Source of the DNA: a virus
IMG/VR virus record: IMGVR_UViG_3300009184_000043
Location: 4,745-68,744 of that record
Strand: one strand, 5' to 3'
Length of the DNA: 64,000 nucleotides
Shown: positions 7,448-14,276 of the stretch, in pieces
Layout: every line of letters starts with the position of its first letter
Numbering within the stretch: position 1 is the first letter of the stretch
Made by a program: the position numbers and the translations under genes
The notes under the pieces: generated by a model
What the model was told of the DNA's origin: nothing
The model's database searches: none
The model's input: only the letters and a program-made list of their open reading frames with translations

Positions 7448-8290
7448 ATGGAAGAGTATAAATTAAATGAATACAATGAGTTATTAATTAATTTTGTAAT
7501 TGATGTAACTGATGAATACGGTAGCACTACCACACAACCTGCTAACCCAGAGACAGGTGTAACTGTTATGGTTGGGTTGGTAGCTTTATTATCTAGGAGT
7601 GGTTTAAATGAAGCGGAACCAGTACTTAATTCTAAAACACCTAGTATAATAGATTCAACTGATTATTTATCAAAACAGTCCTCAAGGGTAAATGAACAAG
7701 GACAAGCTGTTATTAACTTAGATAAAACTTTTCTTTCTACTGAAGCATATAGATTCTACCAAAACTATTATCAAAAGTATACAATAGCACTTAAAATTGT
7801 TATCGAAGTACCAAAAAGTGAAATATATGCTTCTTCAATTACTTCAGATAATATATTAGTTGAATGGACTGTTTCTAAATATTTACAATTTGATTCAATC
7901 AATTACTCAGAATACAATGACGACATATATCTGGAGTCGGCGGGAAATAATATCGTTGACTTTGTACAACTTCGTTCAACTTTAAAAACAGCTGAGGAGA
8001 GCTATCTTTTGATTAAAAAAAGATACGATTCTGAATTATTAGCCAGTACTACAGACTTAGAATTACCAATAAGTGCTGTATATGAGCCTGCTTCATTTTC
8101 ACAAGTAATTACACGCTTACTTGAGTTTCAAGAAGGGACATTACTACCAGGATTATCTCATGCTGAAAAATTAAATTTAGATGTTGAATATAAAAGATTA
8201 GACACTATTAACAAGCTAATTAATATAGTAACTGGTATGTATTCTGAGATCACTATTGAAGATGGAGAAGGAATGCCTTATAGTGGATAA
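7448..8290 (+). CDS. Hypothetical protein
   Basis: 280-aa ORF. Confidence 0.6.
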   Translation: MEEYKLNEYNELLINFVIDVTDEYGSTTTQPANPETGVTVMVGLVALLSRSGLNEAEPVLNSKTPSIIDSTDYLSKQSSRVNEQGQAVINLDKTFLSTEAYRFYQNYYQKYTIALKIVIEVPKSEIYASSITSDNILVEWTVSKYLQFDSINYSEYNDDIYLESAGNNIVDFVQLRSTLKTAEESYLLIKKRYDSELLASTTDLELPISAVYEPASFSQVITRLLEFQEGTLLPGLSHAEKLNLDVEYKRLDTINKLINIVTGMYSEITIEDGEGMPYSG

Positions 8291-8324
8291 AATATTAGAT
8301 ATATAGATTAAATAAAAAAAAGAA

Positions 8325-8603
8325 ATGAAACACCTTAAAAAATATCAAGATAACAATTCCAAAATTAACGAAGGATTTTGGGATTCACTTTTCGGAAAAC
8401 CCACAGTTGACGATGCTGCTCACGATTCTCTTAGAGGTCAAGGATGGAGCCACAGGGGTAAGGACGAAGAAAACTATATCATGTTCCAGGGACAAAAATT
8501 TTATCCAGAGCAAATTCAATATGATGATGCTTATTCAACTAAACAAATACCAAGAGTAGAAGGAGATATGTTAATTGTAGCTAATCCAGCTTGGAGCATG
8601 TAA
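8325..8603 (+). CDS. Hypothetical protein with capsid-targeting-like N-terminus
   Basis: MKHLKKYQD...INE; GATATATA 8298. Confidence 0.6.
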   Translation: MKHLKKYQDNNSKINEGFWDSLFGKPTVDDAAHDSLRGQGWSHRGKDEENYIMFQGQKFYPEQIQYDDAYSTKQIPRVEGDMLIVANPAWSM

Positions 8604-8621
8604 AAAATTAAATATAAAAAA

Positions 8622-9317
8622 ATGAAAATTAAAAGATTCAACGATTTTATTCTAGAAAATCAATATTACAATCCTATTAACGAATCCGATATCGTACCAG
8701 GTGTACCTTATAATTTGGGTACCGATAGATCTGATAAGCTAGGTAACATGAAAGCTAATATAATGACGGTTGATACAAATAGTAATGACACAATTATTGG
8801 CTTTAGTAAAGGTGGTGAAAGTCCTAAAAGTGTATCAATTTACTTTCCTTCCTCTAATTATGCTGATAAGAAGACTCCCCCTGAATTAAAGCAGGGAAAA
8901 TCATACGCTTACATATATGAAAGAGTCGATGGGGATGATAGGTATCCTGCAGCAATTACTAAAATGGAAGATTTTGACGCAGATAAATCCAGCGGTCAAT
9001 TATATAATGCTTCAAATTCTATAGATCTACTTGCAAATTTTATGGAAAGATCCGGTATTTGCATCGATTCTACTGCAGGCACAAATCTAGCAAAAGTTAT
9101 AACTACTCTTCTATTGTCTCCTACTTATAATACTACGGTAACTGATACATTTAAAAAATTCGCGAAGAAGATCAGTAAAGAAATTACAATAAAAGGATTC
9201 ATTCCTAAAATGGCCAAACAGTTTGGTGATAGCGGAACTAAACAAGATCCAGGAATGAAATCATTCGTAGAAGAATTTCCAAAAAGTTATGCTGCTCTTT
9301 CCCCTAAAAAAGCATAA
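8622..9317 (+). CDS. Hypothetical protein with capsid-targeting-like N-terminus
   Basis: MKIKRFNDFILE. Confidence 0.6.
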   Translation: MKIKRFNDFILENQYYNPINESDIVPGVPYNLGTDRSDKLGNMKANIMTVDTNSNDTIIGFSKGGESPKSVSIYFPSSNYADKKTPPELKQGKSYAYIYERVDGDDRYPAAITKMEDFDADKSSGQLYNASNSIDLLANFMERSGICIDSTAGTNLAKVITTLLLSPTYNTTVTDTFKKFAKKISKEITIKGFIPKMAKQFGDSGTKQDPGMKSFVEEFPKSYAALSPKKA

Positions 9318-9336
9318 GGGTGTGAAACATTAAACT

Positions 9337-9366
9337 AAAAAGCCAGCTATATAGCTGGCTTTTTTT
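9337..9366. terminator. Bidirectional intrinsic terminator
   Basis: AAAAAGCCAGCTATATAGCTGGCTTTTTTT between convergent genes. Confidence 0.85.
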
Positions 9367-9877
9367 ATTGCTCTTTATATTCAGATATGGAGCATATCTT
9401 GTTATAATGCCATCCAACCATATATTCTCTATAGAATACGCCATCTTTGAATAGAGTATAAATCTCTTGGACAGTTCCATCGTCCTGAGTTTGAACCTCA
9501 TATTCATATCTGTCGTATCTTACCTGTTTAAGGAAACTATCGTAATATGAATCTACTGTGCTCTTTATCATAATTGGCTCATATAGCATATCGTCTTCTG
9601 TATAAAGATCCCATTCCACACCGGGAGCAAAAACTCCAATATAGCTTTCATCCTTCTTAGTAATAAATTTTTTCCATAGCTTAGGATTCCCTACTACGCT
9701 TAAGAATTTACCTCTTAGTTCCGGTTGATCGTAAAATGGATAGTAAGCATCGCCTCTCAATTTGCTAGCTCCAGCCATTGTGTTGTTGAAAGATTCTATG
9801 CCTTCATTCTGCGATAAAGCGGTTACACTTGTTCCTAGTATGAATAGGAAAATAAATGCTAATTTTAGATTTTTCAT
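9365..9877 (-). CDS. Secreted/periplasmic hypothetical protein
   Basis: N-terminal signal peptide MKNLKLAFIFLFILGTSVTALSQ. Confidence 0.65.
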   Translation of the reverse strand: MKNLKLAFIFLFILGTSVTALSQNEGIESFNNTMAGASKLRGDAYYPFYDQPELRGKFLSVVGNPKLWKKFITKKDESYIGVFAPGVEWDLYTEDDMLYEPIMIKSTVDSYYDSFLKQVRYDRYEYEVQTQDDGTVQEIYTLFKDGVFYREYMVGWHYNKICSISEYKEQ

Positions 9878-10016
9878 AGATCATTGTATTATTGTTACAG
9901 ATTCAAATATAGATCAGAAATATAGATAATTCCAGATGATTTCACATTTTTATTTTTTTTAATAGAAACTTTTTTGTACTTTTGAGGTATATAATAAAAA
10001 AAGAACAAAGCTTTCA

Positions 10017-10106
10017 ATGAAACACTTTTTAAATATCGCAATAGATTTTCAACTTCATAAAGAAGATGACCTTCTAGAGGATACAATTAAGTGTCAGAGG
10101 AAATAA
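10017..10106 (+). CDS. Attenuator leader peptide 2 (MKHFLNIAIDFQLHKEDDLLEDTIKCQRK)
   Basis: Run GAA GAT GAC CTT CTA GAG GAT matches the Glu/Asp/Leu(TAG) tRNAs of array 2. Confidence 0.8.
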   Translation: MKHFLNIAIDFQLHKEDDLLEDTIKCQRK

Positions 10107-10156
10107 ATTTATATAACGATATAATTTAAACCTCTGATAACCTCAGAGGTTTTTTT
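10092..10156 (+). terminator. Attenuator 2: antiterminator plus intrinsic terminator
   Basis: Terminator AAACCTCTGA-TAACC-TCAGAGGTTT + T run (10128-10156); TGTCAGAGG (10092-10100) pairs with CCTCTGATA (10131-10139). Confidence 0.85.
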
Positions 10157-10164
10157 GTTTTATA

Positions 10165-10176
10165 TGTTCTTTGAAA
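10165..10176 (+). promoter_or_regulatory. boxA-like antitermination site
   Basis: TGTTCTTTGAAA. Confidence 0.6.
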
Positions 10177-10180
10177 TTAC

Positions 10181-10252
10181 GCTGCCATCGTCTAACGGTT
10201 AGGACCTATGGTTTTCATCCATAAAATCGGAGTTCGATTCTCCGTGGCAGTA
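10181..10252 (+). tRNA. tRNA-Glu(TTC)
   Basis: Cloverleaf, loop TT-TTC-AT. Confidence 0.92.
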
Positions 10253-10263
10253 CAAAAAATTAA

Positions 10264-10338
10264 GGTCCCGTAGTTAAACGGCTATAATGCTGCCCTGTCA
10301 CGGCAGAGTTCGGAGTTCGATTCTCCGCGGGACCGCCA
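10264..10338 (+). tRNA. tRNA-Asp(GTC)
   Basis: Cloverleaf, loop CT-GTC-AC, G73, CCA. Confidence 0.93.
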
Positions 10339-10343
10339 TATAT

Positions 10344-10416
<73 letters not shown>

Positions 10417-10420
10417 CTAA

Positions 10421-10499
10421 GCCCAGGTGGTGAAATGGTATACACGCTAGATTTAGGATCTAGTGCGAAAGCGTGAGGGTTCGAGTCCCTCCCTGGGTA
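10421..10499 (+). tRNA. tRNA-Leu(TAG)
   Basis: Cloverleaf, loop TT-TAG-GA, variable arm. Confidence 0.93.
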
Positions 10500-10501
10500 C
10501 T

Positions 10502-11071
10502 ATGAAAATTATATTTTTAGATCATGATGGAGTAATTTGTCTTTCCCAACAATTTGGAGGACGTTACAAAAAGCAGGCTAAAGCTAGAAAAAAGCTTTCG
10601 CAGGATGTAATGAGTTTTCATGTAGGAGCTAGATTTGATAACTTCGACAAGAAAGCAATAAAGGTTTTAAATTTAATTCTAGAAGAGACTGGAGCTGAAA
10701 TAGTTGTTTCTTCAGATTGGAAGGTCTGGGCAACAATAGAGGAAATGGGAGAATACTATGAACAACAAGGAATAATTAAAAAACCTATAGATTTCACACC
10801 AAGAGAATATCCTTACACAGAAAACCAAGAATGGCATCCAGACTGGGATTTAGAAGCATCAAGAACTTTAGAAATCCAAGAATGGTTAAAGGCCCATTCC
10901 GGAGTTACTCATTGGGTAGCAATAGATGATTTAGATATGAGCTTTAAAGAAGTATCTAATAATAGAAGCGGTACTGGATGGGGATTAACAAACTTTGTAC
11001 ACACTCCTAGCATTATGCAAGGGATTAAGCAATCAGGAATAAAAGAAAAAGTTTTAAAATTTTTGAAATAA
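10502..11071 (+). CDS. HAD-superfamily phosphatase, Swiss-army-knife RNA-repair type
   Basis: IIFLDHDGV, IVVSSDW, WVAIDD motifs; start moved to ATG 10502 because the GTG start lies inside tRNA-Leu. Confidence 0.8.
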   Translation: MKIIFLDHDGVICLSQQFGGRYKKQAKARKKLSQDVMSFHVGARFDNFDKKAIKVLNLILEETGAEIVVSSDWKVWATIEEMGEYYEQQGIIKKPIDFTPREYPYTENQEWHPDWDLEASRTLEIQEWLKAHSGVTHWVAIDDLDMSFKEVSNNRSGTGWGLTNFVHTPSIMQGIKQSGIKEKVLKFLK

Positions 11072-11152
11072 TTTGAAAAACATTTTTTTATTTAAAAAAG
11101 ATATTGTACTTTTACGAAACTATTCTGGAAACAGGATATATAATAAAGAAAA

Positions 11153-11260
11153 ATGAAAAACTGTAGTAAACATAACATCAATCGCATGATCAGTCAGATT
11201 AATGGCTGCTATCAAACGGTGGCGTTTTGGGCAAAGGGGAAAGAACCCGATCGAAGCTAA
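11153..11260 (+). CDS. Attenuator leader peptide 3 (MKNCSKHNINRMISQINGCYQTVAFWAKGKEPDRS)
   Basis: First 30 codons use exactly the 16 amino acids of tRNA array 3 and no others. Confidence 0.82.
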   Translation: MKNCSKHNINRMISQINGCYQTVAFWAKGKEPDRS

Positions 11261-11323
11261 TACAGAAAATCATATTTAGATATTTCGGAAAAGGCTTTGA
11301 TTCACATCAAAGCCTTTTTTTTT
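11249..11323 (+). terminator. Attenuator 3: antiterminator plus intrinsic terminator
   Basis: Terminator AAAAGGCTTTGAT-TCAC-ATCAAAGCCTTTT + T run (11289-11323); GATCGAAGCT (11249-11258) pairs with GGCTTTGATT (11293-11302) using G:U pairs. Confidence 0.82.
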
Positions 11324-11334
11324 GTTCTTTGACA
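11323..11334 (+). promoter_or_regulatory. boxA-like antitermination site
   Basis: TGTTCTTTGACA. Confidence 0.6.
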
Positions 11335-11348
11335 TACTGGAAAAAAAT

Positions 11349-11421
11349 GGTACCGTAGCTCAGTTGGTAGAGCACTAGACTGAAAATCTAGGTGTCGCCG
11401 GTTCGATTCCGGCCGGTACCA
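11349..11421 (+). tRNA. tRNA-Phe(GAA)
   Basis: Cloverleaf, loop CT-GAA-AA. Confidence 0.94.
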
Positions 11422-11491
11422 CAATACTAAACAAGAAATTGTCTCACTAAACTAATCATGTTTAGTATTACAAAAACAAGTTTAGTAAAAT

Positions 11492-11564
11492 GATCTCGTA
11501 GCTCAGCTGGTAGAGCACCGCACTTTTAATGCGGGAGTCGAGGGTTCGAGCCCCTCCGGGATCA
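11492..11564 (+). tRNA. tRNA-Lys(TTT)
   Basis: Cloverleaf, loop CT-TTT-AA. Confidence 0.94.
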
Positions 11565-11570
11565 CTATAC

Positions 11571-11643
11571 ACATCGGTAGCTCAGTTGGTAGAGCACCAG
11601 TCTCCAAAACTGGGTGTCGTAGGTTCGAGTCCTACCCTTTGTG
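11571..11643 (+). tRNA. tRNA-Trp(CCA)
   Basis: Cloverleaf, loop CT-CCA-AA; two acceptor mismatches (ACATCGG/CCTTTGT). Confidence 0.82.
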
Positions 11644-11651
11644 CAAAATAA

Positions 11652-11724
11652 GGCTCTATAGTTCAATGGATTAGAATAGATCACTACGGATGATCTGATC
11701 CTGGTTCGAATCCAGGTGGAGCCT
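11652..11724 (+). tRNA. tRNA-Arg(ACG)
   Basis: Cloverleaf, loop CT-ACG-GA. Confidence 0.92.
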
Positions 11725-11735
11725 CAAATAAATAA

Positions 11736-11807
11736 GGTCGTGTGGTCGAGTGGTTTAGGCACTAGTCTGCAAAACTAGTTATACTGGTTCGATTCCAGTC
11801 ACGACCT
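11736..11807 (+). tRNA. tRNA-Cys(GCA)
   Basis: Cloverleaf, loop CT-GCA-AA, U73. Confidence 0.93.
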
Positions 11808-11824
11808 CAAAAAAATTTAAAAAT

Positions 11825-11962
11825 ATGACGATAGAAAGCAGAATAGTAGCAAGAGGAAGTTTCCCCTCTAGTAAAGAAAACTTAAGAAGAGAAACAATAA
11901 AATTTAAACACACCGAAAGATTGATAAAAAGAATCAGAAGGTTAATTAAAAAAGGAAAGTAA
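11825..11962 (+). CDS. Small basic ORF (45 aa) inside tRNA array 3
   Basis: MTIESRIVARGSFPSSKENLRRETIKFKHTERLIKRIRRLIKKGK; fills the spacer; stop overlaps tRNA-Ser 5' end. Confidence 0.45.
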   Translation: MTIESRIVARGSFPSSKENLRRETIKFKHTERLIKRIRRLIKKGK

Positions 11963-12039
11963 TCTCAGATGGTGACGGGGCTCGCCTGCTAAGCGAAGCG
12001 TACTTTAATTGGTATTTGGTTCGATTCCAATTCTTTCCG
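11954..12039 (+). tRNA. tRNA-Ser(GCT)
   Basis: Loop CT-GCT-AA, long variable arm, G73; atypical D arm. Confidence 0.78.
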
Positions 12040-12045
12040 CAACAT

Positions 12046-12122
12046 TGACATATAGCTCAGTTGGTTAGAGCGTTGATCTGATACGTCAAAGGCCGAAGGT
12101 TCGAATCCTTCTATGTCAACCA
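12046..12122 (+). tRNA. tRNA-Ile(GAT)
   Basis: Cloverleaf, loop CT-GAT-AC, CCA. Confidence 0.92.
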
Positions 12123-12127
12123 CATTT

Positions 12128-12200
12128 AGTCTCTTAGCTCAGTTGGTAGAGCGTTTGGTTTACATCCAAAATGTCGGGGGTTCGAATCCCTCAGGGACTA
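12128..12200 (+). tRNA. tRNA-Val(TAC)
   Basis: Cloverleaf, loop TT-TAC-AT. Confidence 0.92.
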
Positions 12201-12202
12201 CA

Positions 12203-12291
12203 AGATTAGAAGCGGTGAAAGGGGTTACTTCGATCAAAACCTTGTAATTTTTTGACCAAAAAAACCACCCCGTTCAAATATTCTCTAATCT
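12203..12291 (+). ncRNA. Y RNA-like element 4, between tRNA-Val and tRNA-Asn
   Basis: AGATTAGA/TCTAATCT; AGCGG; TGAAAGGGGT/ACCCCGTTCA; TACTTC; same architecture as elements 1-3. Confidence 0.65.
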
Positions 12292-12296
12292 AAACT

Positions 12297-12369
12297 GGGG
12301 ATGTAGCTCAGCGGTAGTAGCAACTGACTGTTAATCAGTAGGTCATAGGTTCGAATCCTATCATCCCCG
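12297..12369 (+). tRNA. tRNA-Asn(GTT)
   Basis: Cloverleaf, loop CT-GTT-AA, G73. Confidence 0.92.
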
Positions 12370-12374
12370 CACTT

Positions 12375-12459
12375 CGGAGTGTTGAGCAATTGGTTGCTCA
12401 GCTGACTGTAAATCAGCCGCCTTACGGCATTGGGGGTTCGAATCCCTCCGCTCCGACCA
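12375..12459 (+). tRNA. tRNA-Tyr(GTA)
   Basis: Loop CT-GTA-AA, long variable arm, CCA; C1:G72 pair. Confidence 0.9.
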
Positions 12460-12462
12460 AAT

Positions 12463-12537
12463 GCAGGTATCGTATAACGGTCATTACTTCTGACTTCCAA
12501 TCAGAAGATCTCGGTTCGATTCCGGGTACCTGCTCCA
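12463..12537 (+). tRNA. tRNA-Gly(TCC)
   Basis: Cloverleaf, loop CT-TCC-AA, U73, CCA. Confidence 0.93.
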
Positions 12538-12611
12538 GTGGGATTAGCTCAGCTGGCTAGAGCACTTGCCTTGCACGCAAGGGGTCAACGGTTCGAATCC
12601 GTTATCCTCCA
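12538..12611 (+). tRNA. tRNA-Ala(TGC)
   Basis: Loop CT-TGC-AC; G3:U70 identity pair. Confidence 0.92.
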
Positions 12612-12620
12612 CTTTTATAT

Positions 12621-12693
12621 GGCGAGTTAGCTCAGCTGGTAGAGCGTCGGAATCATACCCCGAAGGTCGGCAGTTCGAACCTGCCACTCGCTA
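12621..12693 (+). tRNA. Elongator tRNA-Met(CAT)
   Basis: GGCGAGT acceptor, loop AT-CAT-AC. Confidence 0.82.
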
Positions 12694-12695
12694 CT

Positions 12696-12769
12696 GTGAC
12701 GGTAGCTCAGTTGGTTAGAGCGTCTGATTGTGGTTCAGAAGGTCGGGAGTTCGATTCTCCTCTGTCACC
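12696..12769 (+). tRNA. tRNA-His(GTG)
   Basis: Loop TT-GTG-GT, C73; encoded -1 base is T. Confidence 0.9.
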
Positions 12770-12773
12770 TATT

Positions 12774-12846
12774 GCCTTTGTAGCTCAGCTGGTAGAGCGC
12801 TTCATTTGTAATGAAGATGTCGCAGGTTCGATCCCTGTCAAAGGCT
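12774..12846 (+). tRNA. tRNA-Thr(TGT)
   Basis: Cloverleaf, loop TT-TGT-AA. Confidence 0.93.
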
Positions 12847-12852
12847 CTATAA

Positions 12853-12925
12853 TGTCCTGTGGTGTAATTGGCAACACGTCTGATTTTGATTCAGAAGAGT
12901 CCAGGTTCGAGCCCTGGCGGGACAT
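12853..12925 (+). tRNA. tRNA-Gln(TTG)
   Basis: Cloverleaf, loop TT-TTG-AT, U1:A72. Confidence 0.92.
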
Positions 12926-12948
12926 CTAAAAAATAAGATATATAGGTC

Positions 12949-13677
12949 ATGATGATCCTAAAATATTCTGAATTTATTAACGAGAGTAATAGGGAAGAAT
13001 ACATAAAAAATTATTGCAAAGAATCCCCTGTTATTCCACAGGTTCCTGTGTCTTTTAAAAAAATACATGGTGATCTAATTAAAGTGGGAAAATACAAAGA
13101 GACGTTAAAATCTATTGATAATGGTGATGCAGTAATAGTAGGAATAAGAAGAAAATTGGAAGCTAGAAAGAATGGTCAAGAAAAATATATTGACAGTATT
13201 TATTTTATACCAAAGAATGCAAAAAAAGAAAATCCTAATATTACACCATTCCAAGCCACCACAGTTCCTTCTGTCGCTTGGTTCGATACCGATGTAGCAA
13301 TTTTGGATGATTCTGAATATAAATTTAAGATCGGAACTCACACTTTTGGATCGTCGAATAAAACAATACCTGCTTTGGTTCCTAGTATTGATGGATTATC
13401 TCCAAAGGAAATACCAGTAAATAGATTTTCAGCAAAAGACAACGTGGTAAAAACATATGATCCACCAAAAAAAGATATAGGAACTGGTACAAATTTTCAT
13501 TATGGGTTATCTCCTAAAGGTGTAGATGGATCTTCTGGTATACCCTGTGTTGGTGGATATTCTGCTGGATGTCAAGTAATTCCGACAGAAAAAAAATGGA
13601 ACGAATTTTGGAATTTAGTAAAAAATTCAAAACAACAAATCTTTTGGTATTCTATTATCGAAGAAGATAAATTATAA
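12949..13677 (+). CDS. Putative L,D-transpeptidase-like (YkuD-type) cell-wall enzyme
   Basis: NFH...YSAGCQV His/Cys motif; capsid-targeting-like start ILKYSEFINE. Confidence 0.55.
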   Translation: MMILKYSEFINESNREEYIKNYCKESPVIPQVPVSFKKIHGDLIKVGKYKETLKSIDNGDAVIVGIRRKLEARKNGQEKYIDSIYFIPKNAKKENPNITPFQATTVPSVAWFDTDVAILDDSEYKFKIGTHTFGSSNKTIPALVPSIDGLSPKEIPVNRFSAKDNVVKTYDPPKKDIGTGTNFHYGLSPKGVDGSSGIPCVGGYSAGCQVIPTEKKWNEFWNLVKNSKQQIFWYSIIEEDKL

Positions 13678-13709
13678 ATTAAAAATCCAGTATGTAAAAA
13701 AGTGTAGTT

Positions 13710-14204
13710 ATGAAAGTGCTAGTACTAAATAATGACTTTACGCCTATAAGCGTTACCGATTTTGCCCGGGGATTTAAGCTTGTATACAAAGGTAAAGCTG
13801 AGGTTTTAGAGCATGACGAACAAAATCCAATTGTTACTGATCAAAGCACTTACAAAAGACCGTCAGTAATTCGGCTTCTAAAGTATGTTGTTTTACCTTT
13901 TAAGAAGTTAAAGCCTACAAGGGAAAATATCTTTAAAAGAGATGGAATGAAATGTATTTATTTAGGGTGTGAATCCAATAAGAATCTCACGCTAGATCAC
14001 GTTATTCCAAGATCTAGGGGTGGGGGTAACACATGGGAAAATCTAGCTACTTGCTGTTCAAAATGTAACGGTAGAAAGGGCGATAGAACACCTGAGGAAG
14101 CTGGTATGAAAATGAGACAAAAGCCATTTAAACCAGGCTATGGTTATTTCATAAGGAATTTTTCCAAAGGGATCGATGTTTGGACAGCATATCTTCCTGA
14201 TTAA
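13710..14204 (+). CDS. HNH endonuclease (McrA-like)
   Basis: VLVLN start; LTLDHVIPRSRGG...WENLATCCSKCN. Confidence 0.92.
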   Translation: MKVLVLNNDFTPISVTDFARGFKLVYKGKAEVLEHDEQNPIVTDQSTYKRPSVIRLLKYVVLPFKKLKPTRENIFKRDGMKCIYLGCESNKNLTLDHVIPRSRGGGNTWENLATCCSKCNGRKGDRTPEEAGMKMRQKPFKPGYGYFIRNFSKGIDVWTAYLPD

Positions 14205-14208
14205 TTTT

Positions 14209-14236
14209 AAAAATCCCAGTATTACTGGGATTTTTT
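14209..14236 (+). terminator. Intrinsic terminator
   Basis: AAAAATCCCAGTA-T-TACTGGGATTTTTT. Confidence 0.8.
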
Positions 14237-14276
14237 GTGAATCTTATATCTATAAGATTTATAAATAATAAAAGAT

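Noticed and set aside
9895-10086. Minus-strand 63-aa ORF
   Set aside because: Antisense to the promoter and leader peptide 2; no supporting start context.
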